DNA of 64,000 nucleotides from Eledone cirrhosa (Eukaryota): NCBI GenBank assembly GCA_964016885.1, contig CAXHJY010001068.1, positions 1 to 64,000 of the forward strand, read 5' to 3'. Shown piece by piece: positions 18,870 to 30,535 of this stretch (position 1 is its first letter; each line of letters starts with the position of its first letter). The notes under the pieces were generated by a model. It saw only the letters and a program-made list of their open reading frames with translations, ran no database searches and was not told where the DNA came from. The position numbers and the translations under genes were made by a program.

Positions 18870-20125
18870 ATTGTCGCTGTTGTTGTTGTTGTTGTTGGTG
18901 GTAGTGTCGCTATTGTTGGTGGTAGTGTCGCTATTGTTGGTGGTAGTGTAGGTGTTGGTGGTGGTAGTGTAGGTGTTGGTGGTGGTAGTGTAGGCGTTGG
19001 TGGTGGTAGTGTAGGTGTTGGTGGTGGTAGTGTCGCTGTTGTTGGTGGTAGTGTCACTGTTGGTGGTGGTAGTGTAGGTGTTGGTGGTGGTAGTGTCGCT
19101 GTTGGTGGTGGTGGTAGTGTAGGTGGTGGTGGTAGTGTAGGTGTTGGTGGTGGTGGTGGTAGTGTCGCTGTTGGTGGTGGTGGTAGTGTAGGTTTTGGTG
19201 GTGGTGGTAGTGTAGGTGTTGGTGGTGGTGGTGGTAGTGTCGCTGTTGGTGGTGGTGGTAGTGTAGGTGTTGGTGGTGGTGGTAGTGTAGGTGGTGGTGG
19301 TAGTGTCGCTGTTGGTGGTGGTGGTGGTGGTAGTGTCGCTGTTGGTGGTGGTGGTAGTGTAGGTGTTGGTGGTGGTGGTAGTATAGGTGTTGGTGGCGGT
19401 GGTAGTGTAGGTTTTGGTGGTGGTGGTAGTGTAGGTGTTGGTGGTGGTGGTAGTGTCGCTGTTGGTGGTGGTGGTAGTGTAGGTGTTGGTGGCGGTGTAG
19501 GTGTTGGTGGTGTTGGTGGTGGTGGTAGTGTAGGTGTTGGTGGTGGTGGTGGTGGTAGTGTCGCTGTTGGTGGTGGTGGTAGTGTAGGTGTTGGTGGCGG
19601 TGGTAGTGTAGGTGTTGGTGGTGGTGGTAGTGTAGGTGTTGGTGGTGGTGGTGGTAGTGTCGCTGTTGGTGGTGGTGGTAGTGTAGGTGTTGGTGGTGGT
19701 GGTGGTGGTAGTGTAGATGTTGGTGGTGGTGGTGGTAGTGTCGCTGTTGGTGGTGGTGGTGGTAGTGTCGCTGTTGGTGGTGGTGGTGGTAGTGTCGCTG
19801 TTGGTGGTGGTGGTAGTGTAGGTTTTGGTGTTGGTGGTGGTGGTGGTAGTGTAGGTGGTGGTGGTGGTAGTGTAGGTGTTGGTGGTGGTGGTAGTGTAGG
19901 TGTTGGTGGTGGTAGTGTCGCTGTTGGTGGTAGTGTAGGTGTTGGTGGTGGTAGTGTCGCTGTTGTTGGTGGTAGTGTAGGTGTTGGTGGTGGTAGTGTA
20001 GGTGTTGGTGGTGGTGGTGTCGCTGTTGTTGGTGGTAGTGTAGGTATTGGTGGTAGTGTTGCTGTTGTTAGTGGTAGTAGTAGTAGTGGTGGTAGTAGTA
20101 GTAGTGATAATAATAGTGGCAGTAG
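18870..20125 (+). repeat. (GGT)n-based compound minisatellite
   Basis: Units ggtggtagtgtaggtgtt and ggtggtagtgtcgctgtt with a variable GGT count. Confidence 0.93.
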
Positions 20126-20452
20126 TTTGTTGTAGATAGAAGCGCGTAAATTATATCAGCCTCATTTGTTCTGCTCAAATTTGCATTTCAGTATGGCTAG
20201 CTTGCATGTAATATAAGCATTTAATGTTGAAGTGACTCTCAGGTTTATTGGCTTAATCAGACTCAGATGACCACGTGTATGAATGCACTCGCACGTGTGT
20301 TTATAAGTGTATGTGTGCCTGTTTTTATGTAATAGGAGCGTGTGTGCTGTACCACAAAATATCCTTACAATACGATGTATATATTAAAATTATACAGTAA
20401 ATTTATAAGATTCACACCATACGCACAAAATACGCATAAAAATCGCACGTAA

Positions 20453-20493
<41 letters not shown>

Positions 20494-20791
20494 CACAATT
20501 GGTATTCACCCATTTAAGGTGGGGCAGGTAATGTTGATATAGAACTCAATACAGCGTTGCAGTGGTAGATTCATCAAGGTAATGCTTTCGGGGGTTATGT
20601 TTTTGTGGTAAGTATTAGTCACATAAAGTATTTTCGAAGAATGTATTATATACAGGCTGTCATTAAAATACGTGTACTTTGAACAATGAAAATAAAACAA
20701 AAGTCAGGTGTAGGTCGTTAAGAGTGCTTCATTGTTTTACGATCGTTTCAGAACCCGCCCGTCCCCTCAATCTATCTTATTTCTCATTCTT

Positions 20792-20827
20792 TCTTCTGAT
20801 GAAGGACTAGCGTCCGAAACGTTAAGA
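20792..20827 (+). ncRNA. minimal type I hammerhead ribozyme (family E)
   Basis: UCUU-CUGAUGA-A-GGAC(UAGC)GUCC-GAAA-CG-UU-AAGA: 4-bp helix I, 4-bp helix II, palindromic ACGU helix III. The element continues to ~20915 and ends in (TA)n. Confidence 0.8.
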
Positions 20828-20914
20828 CCCTCTTCCTGCTATATCAAGCGTTAATCTAATATATCCCTTCCATATACTGTACCGATTGTGTTGTAATTTC
20901 TGTTTACCTTTTAC

Positions 20915-20971
<57 letters not shown>

Positions 20972-21009
20972 CAAGGACAATTTGTTAAGCCTCCATTACG
21001 TTTATTAAT

Positions 21010-21095
21010 GGATGACGCGCGTTTCGCTACTGATCGGCTCAAGTTTCGATCTGTATCGATCTGGCCTGACTCTGGAATGAAAAGCTCGTCGGACC
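21010..21095 (-). ncRNA. type I hammerhead motif with long helix II insert (core variant CCGACGA)
   Basis: Minus strand GGU-CCGACGA-GCU...AGC-GAAA-CGCGCG-UC-AUCC, with a palindromic GCGC helix III loop. Element 20967-21146 is flanked by (TA)n on both sides. Confidence 0.65.
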
Positions 21096-21145
21096 TCTTG
21101 ATTTGGGTGAACCTACAGTAACTTCACGTTACACTCCCTGGATGG

Positions 21146-21199
<54 letters not shown>

Positions 21200-21390
21200 C
21201 TCCGTATGTGGTTGACAGCTGAGAGAAAGGAGCACTCTACACCGAAGAAAAGTTTTAATATTAATCTTATTAAGGCTAAATAGTGGATGTTGTTATCCGG
21301 GATTTTTTAGTTTATCGAAGGGTCATCAGACCCTTCGATAAACAGGCGAAACTCCCCAGTGACAAGACTCACTATCTAGCCTTAATTATA
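21200..21390 (-). mobile_element. HHR-type mini-element family B, fold-back copy
   Basis: CTGATGA on the minus strand (tcatcag 21323-21329) inside the hairpin gtttatcgaagggtc-atca-gacccttcgataaac. The + arm carries ggcGAAActc. Confidence 0.75.
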
Positions 21391-21486
21391 TGTAGGAAAA
21401 GAGTCAGGACCCCGACGGCTGAGCTCCAGCCGTTTTGACAGCTAGATCTGAACTAATCCAGCAGTATATTATCACACTTTCTTTGT

Positions 21487-21518
<32 letters not shown>

Positions 21519-21520
<2 letters not shown>

Positions 21521-21703
21521 CGAAGGAAAGGAACCAGGTGGACCATAGCGCATCAGAGTACTCAATACTTTGGGTAGTAGAGTGGGTAATAGGAAAAGAC
21601 TCAGGACCCCGACGGCAGAGCTCAAGCCGTTTCGACGGCTATTTCTGGAGTCCAGAAATAGCCGTCGAAACGGCTTGAGCTCTGCCGTCTGGGTCCTGAC
21701 TCT

Positions 21704-21707
<4 letters not shown>
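21519..21707 (-). mobile_element. HHR-type mini-element family A, fold-back copy
   Basis: 57-bp inverted arms 21593-21707 around a 1-nt axis (21650). Each arm holds the HHR 3' half GAAA-CGGC..GAGCTC..GCCG-TC. (TA)n on both sides; a further partial copy lies at 21394-21487. Confidence 0.85.
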
Positions 21708-21758
<51 letters not shown>

Positions 21759-22398
21759 ACACACAAAATCAAGTAACTAGTGTTGTGTTCATTTTAAAAC
21801 CAATAAAATGTTGGAAGCGGTTAAACAAGTTTACAGATTATAGATAATAGCTTTTTAAATATAGATAGTTGAAATATATATATTTACTAATAGTTCCGTT
21901 TGAAATGTAAATAATTTCGACTAGAATTTGCGATAATTCCATCTTGAATCACGATAATTATATTAAGAATGGAAATAATTTCAATGTATATATATAGAGA
22001 GAGACATTTTTATTTGAAATTTATATTTGTTTTAAAAAGCTAAATATTTTCATTAGATAGATAATCGTTTAATAAAAAAAAAAGATAATTGTTCAATAAA
22101 TGTAGATAATTTCTTTTAAAATATAAATATATCTCTTTTAAGAAATATATTTAATTTATTTTATGACAATAATTAACTTTTCACGTAGATGATTCTATTT
22201 ATTTCTTTAAAATAATATGATATATTCGTTGAAAACTATAATAAAATAATGATTTTTTTTGATTTTTTTTTTCTTACTTGACAACGTTACGTCCATATGT
22301 CTATATATGTTTGGCAATTCTTAATATCACTGCTTACGTAAATTACTAACACACATGAACACATTCATATATATGACCAAAGAGGACCTTAAAATATA

Positions 22399-22439
<41 letters not shown>

Positions 22440-22441
<2 letters not shown>

Positions 22442-22750
22442 GTCCCCTTCGGTCACGAATGACCATTGTTTGTGCACCTAGAAAGTTCCGAGGCACTAGA
22501 CTGAGCAAGGTTATTTGTGGAAGACCAGCCGTCACCCATGTATACCAGACTCCCCTCTCCATGCCACCAATGTTGTCCAAGGGAAAGGCAATGGCCGATA
22601 CAGCTTGGCACCAATGACGTCGCAACTCATTTCTACAGCTGAGTAAACTGGAACCACGCGAAATAAAGTGTCTTGCTCAAGACCACAACGCACCTCCCGG
22701 TCCGGGAATTGAACTCACAACATTACGATTGTGAATTCAAAGCCAAGCGT
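22440..22750 (-). mobile_element. tRNA-derived SINE family 2
   Basis: Minus-strand B box gagttcaattcc followed by ttgagcaagacactttatttc..ctcagctgtagaaatgag. Homologous to 36495-36625 and 55640-55862; tail fragment at 42685-42750. Confidence 0.85.
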
Positions 22751-22769
22751 CTTCATATATATATATATA

Positions 22770-22945
22770 GAAAAGAGTCAGGAGCCCGACCATACAGGTG
22801 GCTTAGTTGGGATCTAGCTGTCAAAACGGCCGGAGCTCAGCCGTCGGGGTACTGACTCTTTTCCTATTACCCACTCTACTACTCTAAGTATCGGGTATCC
22901 TGGTGCGTTATGGCCCACCTGGTTTATTACCACAATTTCTTTGTG
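22770..22945 (+). mobile_element. HHR-type mini-element family A (+ strand, with short inverted 5' piece)
   Basis: gatctagctgtcaaaacggccggagctcagccgtcgggg...ttcctattacccactctactact..; flanked by TA/TG repeats. Confidence 0.85.
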
Positions 22946-22975
22946 TGTGTGTGCGCGCGTATATATATATATATA

Positions 22976-23162
22976 TGACGTCTGAGAGAAAAGAGTACTC
23001 AATACCGAAGTAAAGTGTTAATATTCAATATTATTAAGGCTAAAACGCGAGTTTCGCCTCTTTATCAGACTCATCAGACAAGAATTCTTGTCTGACGAGC
23101 CTGTGATAAACTGGCGAAACTCCAGAGTAACAAGAATCACTGTTTAGCTTTAATAATATTGA
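22976..23162. mobile_element. HHR-type mini-element family B, head-to-head inverted pair
   Basis: Axis at gaattc (23082-23087). The + arm is an intact HHR; the - arm has CTGATGA..GGCGAAACTC followed by a deletion. Confidence 0.85.
23084..23137 (+). ncRNA. complete type I hammerhead ribozyme (family B)
   Basis: Helix I AUUCUUGU/ACAAGAAU (8 bp); core CUGACGA (23092-23098); helix II GCCUGU/ACUGGC; GAAA (23116-23119); helix III ACUC/GAGU; predicted GUA cleavage after 23129. Confidence 0.88.
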
Positions 23163-23219
<57 letters not shown>

Positions 23220-23374
23220 CGTGCGTGCGTTTGATGTGTGTGTGTGTGTGTGCGTGCGTGTGTGTGATGTGTGTGGTGTGCGTGTGTGTGTGTGTGGTGT
23301 GCGTGTGTGTGTGTGTGAATATAACCGTTAAGGTATTTTTCTTGGTTATGTCAAAATTTATAAAACACACTTCG

Positions 23375-23435
23375 TATTTTATCTGATGAAAGCGTACCAA
23401 AGTTTTGGTACCCTTGAAATATATATAATAGAATA
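23375..23435 (+). ncRNA. complete type I hammerhead ribozyme (family C)
   Basis: Helix I UAUUUUAU/AUAGAAUA; CUGAUGA (23383-23389); helix II AAG-C-GUACCAA/UUGGUAC-C-CUU; GAAA; palindromic AUAUAUAU helix III; predicted AUA cleavage after 23427. Confidence 0.85.
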
Positions 23436-23493
23436 AATATGGTTTTATAAATATAGTTTCCATTTATTTAATATCATTGTATATATATAAATA

Positions 23494-23532
<39 letters not shown>

Positions 23533-23535
<3 letters not shown>

Positions 23536-23722
23536 CAAAGAAAGTGTGGTAAGATACCAGGTGGACCATAATGCACCAGAGTACTCAATACTTAGGGTAG
23601 TAGAGTGGGTAATAGGAAAAGAGTCAGGACCCCGACGGCTGAGCTCCGGCCGTTTCGACAGCTAGAATCTAGCTGGCGAAACGGCCGGAGCTCAGCCGTC
23701 GGGGTTCTGACTTTTTTCCTAT
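23533..23722 (-). mobile_element. HHR-type mini-element family A, fold-back copy
   Basis: Inverted arms 23612-23722 with axis at 23667 (gctaga-a-tctagc); TA-flanked. Confidence 0.85.
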
Positions 23723-23806
23723 ATATATACACCCCACTTTCAAGCGTGAACCTAATACTAACACTTCGTATTGTACTCTTAGCTTTGTTTTTAGTTTTCT
23801 GTTTTA

Positions 23807-23856
<50 letters not shown>

Positions 23857-24084
23857 TATATGAAGTGATGGTCTGACAACTTAGATGCGAATGTTGGTCT
23901 ACAAAGTGTGAATACCTATTGAAGAAGCAGGCGATATAATAACTACTGTTGCCACGTGGCCTTATTTTCAGAACACCTGGTTTTCTACTTTGTTTCACTC
24001 AAATGAAAGCTTCGCTGATTCAATCGAAAGAATTTTTTAACAGATACTGTTTTGTACAGTGTCTTGTTTGAGCTGTTGTTATTG

Positions 24085-24675
24085 TTTTTGGTTGTGTTAT
24101 GTGGTGTTGGTGGAGGGGCTTGTGGTGGTGGTGGTGGTGGAGGGTGGTGGAGGGTGGTGGTGGTGGTGGTGGTGGATGGGGGGGGGGTTCTGGTAGCGGT
24201 GATGATTGTGGTGGTGTTGGTAGTGGTAGCGGTGGTGTTGGTAGTTGTCGTGATGGTGGTGGTGGTGGTGGTATTGGTAATGGTTTGTGGTGGTAGTGGT
24301 GATGGTAGTGGTGATAGTTGTGGTGGTAGTGGTAGTGGTGGTGGTGGTGGTTTGTGTTGGTAGTGGTGATGGTTTGTGGTGGAGGTGGCTGTGTTGGTAG
24401 TGGTAATGGTGGTGGCGGTGATTGTGGTGGCAGTAGTGGTGGTGGCAGTAGTGGTGGTAGCAGTAGTGGTGGTAGCAGTAGTGGTGGTGGCGGTAGTGGT
24501 GGTGGCAGTGATGGTGGTGATTGTGGTGGCGGTGATTGTGGTGATGCTTGTGGCGGAAGTGGTGGTGGCGGTAATGGTGGTGGTTGCGGTTGTGTCGGTG
24601 GTGTTGGTAGTTATAGTGGTGATAGTGATGATGATGATATTTCAGTCGTCGTCGTCGTTGTTGTTGTTGTTCTAC
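24085..24675 (+). repeat. (GGT/AGT)n degenerate trinucleotide tract
   Basis: Visible directly in the sequence. Confidence 0.9.
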
Positions 24676-24940
24676 TTTGATCTCTGGTAGTAATATTATA
24701 GATTCGTTTCCGCTTAATTGTCAGCGTTCAGTGAGAAATGTCGAAGAGTGTCCTTAAAAAAATAATAAATATTACTTTACGTAATTGTCTGTCAGATCTG
24801 CTCGAGAACCAGTTTTCACTGGATCATGCCATATCTAGTGTCAGTTGATAAAAGAGTACCAGTTGAATACTGGGGGGGTAATTCTGCCTCTATATGTCTC
24901 TCTCACTTCCATTCTCTCACTCTCTATCCTTCTCTGAAAG

Positions 24941-24984
24941 AAATCTACTGCAGTCAGACCTGGAGAGGGGATGGGCTCCACCAG
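24941..24984 (+). CDS. candidate internal exon (NLLQSDLERGWAPP)
   Basis: Long pyrimidine tract ending ctctgaaag and donor CAG|gtttca. The phase-1 end joins in frame to the exon at 25555 or 27570. Confidence 0.35.
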
Positions 24985-25554
24985 GTTTCAAAAAAAGGCC
25001 CTAGAAAGTCTGTATTTGAATAAGGTATCCCTATGACCCCTTCAGGAGTTACGGGACCATGTATTCATGCAACTCGCTCGCCGTCCTCATGGACCATGTA
25101 TTCACTATCCTGTAGTCTGAAGGGACCCAGAGTTGGAGGGTAGGTTAGTAGTAGGTGGAGGATACTCGCTCGGACATCACTTCTACAACTAAAGTATATT
25201 ACAACTGTAATGTTAGTTAATGGAAGACAGAGAAAACTATATAAATTTTTAGACAAAACCGTTGATACAAGTTGATACACGTTTTAGGTTCTGTAATACT
25301 AAGTAAACGTAAATTGATTGGTTTCGACAATGAATTTTCCAATTATTCAATCAAGCAATTTATGTGAATTGATGATATTAAATTGGATAAATAATATAAT
25401 ATTCCAATAACACGAGTAAATGGCAGACAGGGTCAATGTGACATCGTATGACAAAGCAGGCTTTTGAAGTGTATGAACAGTCCATTCGACGGGCTTCTAC
25501 AGTTTCCGTCGAACAAATACCCCCACCCCCCACAAAAAATCCCATCTTGCTCAG

Positions 25555-25619
25555 ATTGGTGCAATGAAGAGGAACAATCTTGGTGCAGATATGTGGTCAA
25601 CCGTAGAGGCCTAAAATAA
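25555..25619 (+). CDS. candidate terminal exon, copy 1 ((D)WCNEEEQSWCRYVVNRRGLK*)
   Basis: Acceptor tcttgctcag; AATAAA at 25685. Duplicated at 27570 with only synonymous differences in this frame. Confidence 0.45.
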
Positions 25620-25884
25620 CCATGTTACATGTATTTTACTTACATGGTGTCTGGCCAAAGAATTTTCGGTGAAGTGTACAGGAGAATAAAGTAACCTCAG
25701 TGTATTACAGGTAGTTTCCTTCTAGAAAAATTTCAACTCAGAACTTAAGCGGATGACATCAATAGGATAAACATTTAGTTCCCTGATCTACGGTTACCAC
25801 TTGCAATCCAACAACAACAAGGGCGGTGCCCCATTTTGGACTCAGCTGGATGGCTGGAACAGGTAAAAGAGTAATAATAATAAT

Positions 25885-26338
25885 GGTTTTTTATATAGGC
25901 ACAAGGCCAGCATAATTTAGAGGAAGGGAGAAGTCGATTAAATCGACCCCAGTGCGTGACTGGTACTTTATTTTATCGACCCCGTAAGGATGAAAGGCAA
26001 AGTTAACCTCGGCGGGATTTGATCTCAGATCATGAAGGGCCGTAACTCTATGCTGCAAAGCATGGCGTCCGACCCTCTACCGATACTGCCGATCCACCGC
26101 TAATAATAATAATAGTAGTAATTTCTACAATATGCACAAGGCCAGCAACTTTTTTTTTGGGGGGGGGGTGTCGATTAAATCGATACCGTGTATTACTGGT
26201 ACTTTATTTTTTATCAACCCCCGTAAGGATGAAAGACAAAGCTAACCTCGGTGGGATTTGAACTCAGAACGTAAAGCGCCGTAACTCAATGCTGCAAAAC
26301 GTGTTGTCTGACGCTCTATCGATTACTGCCAATCCACA
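25885..26338 (-). mobile_element. two tandem SINE family 1 copies (25885-26100 and 26122-26338)
   Basis: Family consensus twice, both long 3' variant, with (TAA)n flanks. Confidence 0.93.
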
Positions 26339-26689
26339 AGGTACAATTGATCAATAATATTTAACTATTATCTTATTTTATCGATCTCCATAAAGCAAAA
26401 TCCACTTGGACGGAGAAGAGGAACACCTGTTCCTCTGGGTGGAATCAACCAGGGATATATCTTTTACTGGGTGATCACCTTACCAATTATACAAGACAGT
26501 TTCTCATTCTTCTCTTTTACTGTCTTTGATTAAAAACCATAAATATCTAAAGGATAACGTTTCTACCATCATAAATAACTTAATTCTAGTTTGTCAGCTC
26601 GTCAGGCATCAACCAATTAGGTTCTAATACTGCCTCGCTTAGCGACATATCACACAGCTATTCTAGGTTTTTAAAGTTATCTTCGCGCA

Positions 26690-27050
26690 TAGAGAGAGAG
26701 AGAGCGAGTGAGAGAGAGAGAGAGAGTGAGAGAGCGAGTGAGAGAGCGAGTGAGAGAGCGAGTGAGCGAGTACGAGAGAGAGAGACAGAGACAGAGAGAG
26801 AGAACGAGAGAGAGACAGAGACAGAGAGAGAGAACGAGAGAGAGACAGAGAGAGAGCGAGAGAGAGACAGAGAGAGCGAGAGATAGACAGAGAGCGGGAG
26901 CGAGACAGAGAGAGCGAGAGAGAGACAGAGAGAGCGAGAGAGAGCGAGAGAGAGAGACAAAGAGAACGAGAGAGAGACAGAGAGACAGAGAGAGAGCGGG
27001 AGAGCGAGAGGGCGAAAAAGAACGAGAGAGAGAGAGAGAGAGAGAGAGAC
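26690..27050. repeat. (GA)n-derived compound microsatellite
   Basis: GAGA/GACA/GAGC units. Confidence 0.95.
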
Positions 27051-27314
27051 TTTCGCAAACACACACAGACATATGCGCACGCATTAATCTCAAAACACAA
27101 AGAACCGACACAGATACTGCCAACCCACAGATCTGAAATGGGGGATATTTCTGCGAAACTTTCACTGTTTCATAATATACTACAATATTTAAAAACAACG
27201 TTTTCAGTGTATTTCTATTGTTAAATCTTTAGCTTTTTGAGGGAATCCAACAAACTATTCAAATGTCTAAAAACATCTGACTGATAAAATGACAAGTCAG
27301 TCAATCATATTGGT

Positions 27315-27450
27315 GGCCTCCCCACAGCCCCGGCGGACAGAATGGAGAAGGCATTTCCCCGGAGGACGGCAAGGGAGACGCGCTGGAAAAGCCATTCCAG
27401 CTCGCGAGGCTCCCACCTACGGCTGGCCAGCTCAGCGCCTATGGTGGTGG
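27315..27450 (+). repeat. GC-rich dispersed repeat, copy 2
   Basis: Colinear with 59620-59757 over about 135 bp. Confidence 0.88.
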
Positions 27451-27569
27451 GTAGATCAACGATTAACTCTCAGTTTTCCATTTCATACATCGCAATACTT
27501 CATACTAACACATCGTAATTTTTAATGGTTCAGTTGAAGCTTTCACTTTTATATATTTCTCTTGTTCAG

Positions 27570-27634
27570 ATTGGTGCAATGAAGAAGAACAGTCTTGGTG
27601 CAGATATGTGGTCAACCGTAGAGGCCTAAAATAA
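27570..27634 (+). CDS. candidate terminal exon, copy 2 ((D)WCNEEEQSWCRYVVNRRGLK*)
   Basis: Strong acceptor tttctcttgttcag; AATAAA at 27700. Part of the ~265-bp duplicate of 25545-25809. Confidence 0.5.
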
Positions 27635-27840
27635 CCATGTTACATGTATTTTACTTACATGGTATCTGGCCAAAGAATGTTCGGTGAAGTGTGCAGGAGA
27701 ATAAAGTAACCTCAGTGTATTACAGGTAGTTTTCTTCTAGAAAGATTTCAACTCAGAACTTAAGCGGGTGAAATCAATTAAACATTTAGTTCCCTGATCT
27801 ACTGTTAACACTTGCAATCCGTCAACCACAACAATAATAA

Positions 27841-28008
27841 TTATTTCTACTTTTGGCACAAGGCCAGCAATTATCCCAGTGCATTACTGGTACTTTATTT
27901 TATCGACCCCGTAAGGATGAAAGGCAAAGTTAAACTCGGCGGGATTTGAACTCAGACCGTAAAGGGCCGTAACTATGCTGCTAAGCACGGCGTCCGACCC
28001 TCTACCGA
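27841..28008 (-). mobile_element. SINE family 1
   Basis: Family consensus. Confidence 0.93.
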
Positions 28009-28253
28009 TTAATGAGTACTAAGGGGGATAACTGGCATCAGCCTATATAACCACAAAATGTTGGGGGTGTTTCATAGATTAGAATTATTAAAATCGCACT
28101 GGATAAAGACAATGGAAAAACGGACAGTCCCTTCTCCTCAGTCAATCTCTGGAGATCACTACAGTTTCAAAGCTTTTGTGCACATGTGTGGTGTGTGTGT
28201 GTGTAGGGGTGGTGGTGGTGGTGGTGATTGTGTGTGTGTGACGGGGGAGGTGT

Positions 28254-28284
<31 letters not shown>

Positions 28285-28838
28285 GTGGGGTAGGTGAGTG
28301 TGAAAGTACGTGTGTATTTCATGTGTTAGTGCGGAAATATAGATGAATAGCAAGATAAATATATAGATGTATTCTTACTGTTAAATCTGGCATATCACAT
28401 ATACTTTACTAAATAATATTTCACCATCTACTTATTAATTCATTGCAAGTGTATCTAATAAGAGGAAATTACCAATGTGTAAAAAAAACAAAAAAAAACC
28501 CAAATCTCTTTAAGTCAGCGTTCAGAGAAGAGTTCAAGTTTTTAGTTCAGGTATTCACCAAAGGTTTAATCTATTGTTCAATTTTTCTTATTGTCAAAGG
28601 TAGTTTCAGTCAGAGGTAAATTGGTCTTGTTTCCTTTGTATGTTTCCCCCACTTTCCTCTTGTCAAATGTATCCTTTCTTTGATATTTGCAACAAACATG
28701 ACTAACATATAATCCCACTTTTTATTTTCCTTTTTTTTTCTGTTTTGTTTGACATATTTGTTTTATTTCATCCCCGAATATATTGAAATAATTCTTCCTT
28801 ATTTCATCCTTTTTATTCCTTTTGTTATGCGTTTCATT

Positions 28839-28925
<87 letters not shown>

Positions 28926-29569
28926 CAAATATACACATACAAATATACACATACAAATATATATATATATATATATATCTTTATTGAAATAACTGAAATC
29001 TTATCTTAACCATCGGCCATTAAACAGTATTGGTGTTTTGAATAAATAAACATCAACTACTACTACTACTACTACTACTACTACCCATCTTCCTCATCCC
29101 TCTCCCTCTTATATTTTCACCGTCTTCTTCTTCATCCTTTTATTTTACATCTACTACTCCTCGTCCTCTTCCTTACCCCCCCCCTCCCCCCTCCTCCTTT
29201 TTCTTATATTTCTTCTATTAGTTTTTTTTAAAACTTTATTTTTACATTTATACGATAAGAAAACCACATAATTTAGCTTGAAAGATTAAGAGAGAGAGAG
29301 AGAGAAAAAAGGGAGAAGCGAAATAAAAGAAAGGAGTAAATGAGAGAGTGGCATGGGTGGGGGTTGGGTGGGTAGATTGTCCAAATGATAAGTTCCTCAG
29401 TAAGGAAGAAAGCCTAGAAAACTACATTGTAATAGGTAACACTCTTCATGTGTATATTAATACAGATGTGTGTTGATCTGAAAGGGAAACAATCTGTAGA
29501 ACGTATTTTAGTATTTCACTGCTTGGGAAAAACATAAAACATTAATAAAGGTTTTATGTGCGCGTACGT

Positions 29570-29996
29570 ATGTGTATATATATATATATACACACACACA
29601 TATATATATATGTGTGTGTGTGTATATATATATGTGTGTGTGTGTGTGTAAATATATATGTGTGTGTATGTAAATATATATATGTGTGTATATATATATG
29701 TGTGTGTATATACATGTGTATATATATATGTGTGTGTGTGTATATATATATGTGTGTGTATATATATATGTGTGTGTGTGTAAATATATATGTGTGTGTA
29801 TATATATATGTGTGTGTGTATATATATATGTGTGTGTGTATATGTATATATGTGTGTGTGTATATGTATATATGTGTGTGTGTGTAAATATATATGTGTG
29901 TGTATATATATATATATGTGTGTGTATATATATATATGTGTGTGTATATATATGTGTGTATGTATATATATACATATATTATATATATATATATTC

Positions 29997-30068
<72 letters not shown>

Positions 30069-30472
30069 ATATGAATGTATGTATATATGCGTGTAAGTGT
30101 GTATATTCATATGTATGTATGTATGTACGTATGAATATATATATGTTTGTGTGAGTGCGCATGCATATATATATGTGTGTATGAATGTATATATATATAT
30201 ATATATATATATTTATTTATAAATGGAAAAGAATGGAACGAAATTTCATTTCTCACTCTTAGTACGGCTGATACTTAAATGTAAGTATATATACGTACAT
30301 ACATATATGTATACAGACGTACAGTAGTATGTATATATATATATACATACATGCACACATATATATATGTACGTAAACCCATACGTACATATATATATAT
30401 GTGTGCATGTATGTATATATATATACATACTACTGTACGTCTGTATACACATATGTACGTATACATACTTAC

Positions 30473-30512
<40 letters not shown>

Positions 30513-30535
30513 AAATATATATATGTATATTTGTG
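29570..30535. repeat. compound (TA)/(TG) microsatellite
   Basis: Visible directly in the sequence. Confidence 0.95.

Noticed and set aside
18789-20135. 448-aa Gly/Val/Ser-rich ORF resembling a structural protein
   Set aside because: Codon use is almost fixed (GGT, AGT, GTT) with essentially no synonymous variation, there is no ATG start, and similar GGT tracts recur in the window. It is a minisatellite.
21593-21707. Hairpins interpreted as pre-miRNAs, MITEs or rho-independent terminators
   Set aside because: The arms are asymmetric extensions of a longer element with variable axes and no fixed TIR; fold-back retro-insertion explains them better. Small-RNA production is not excluded.
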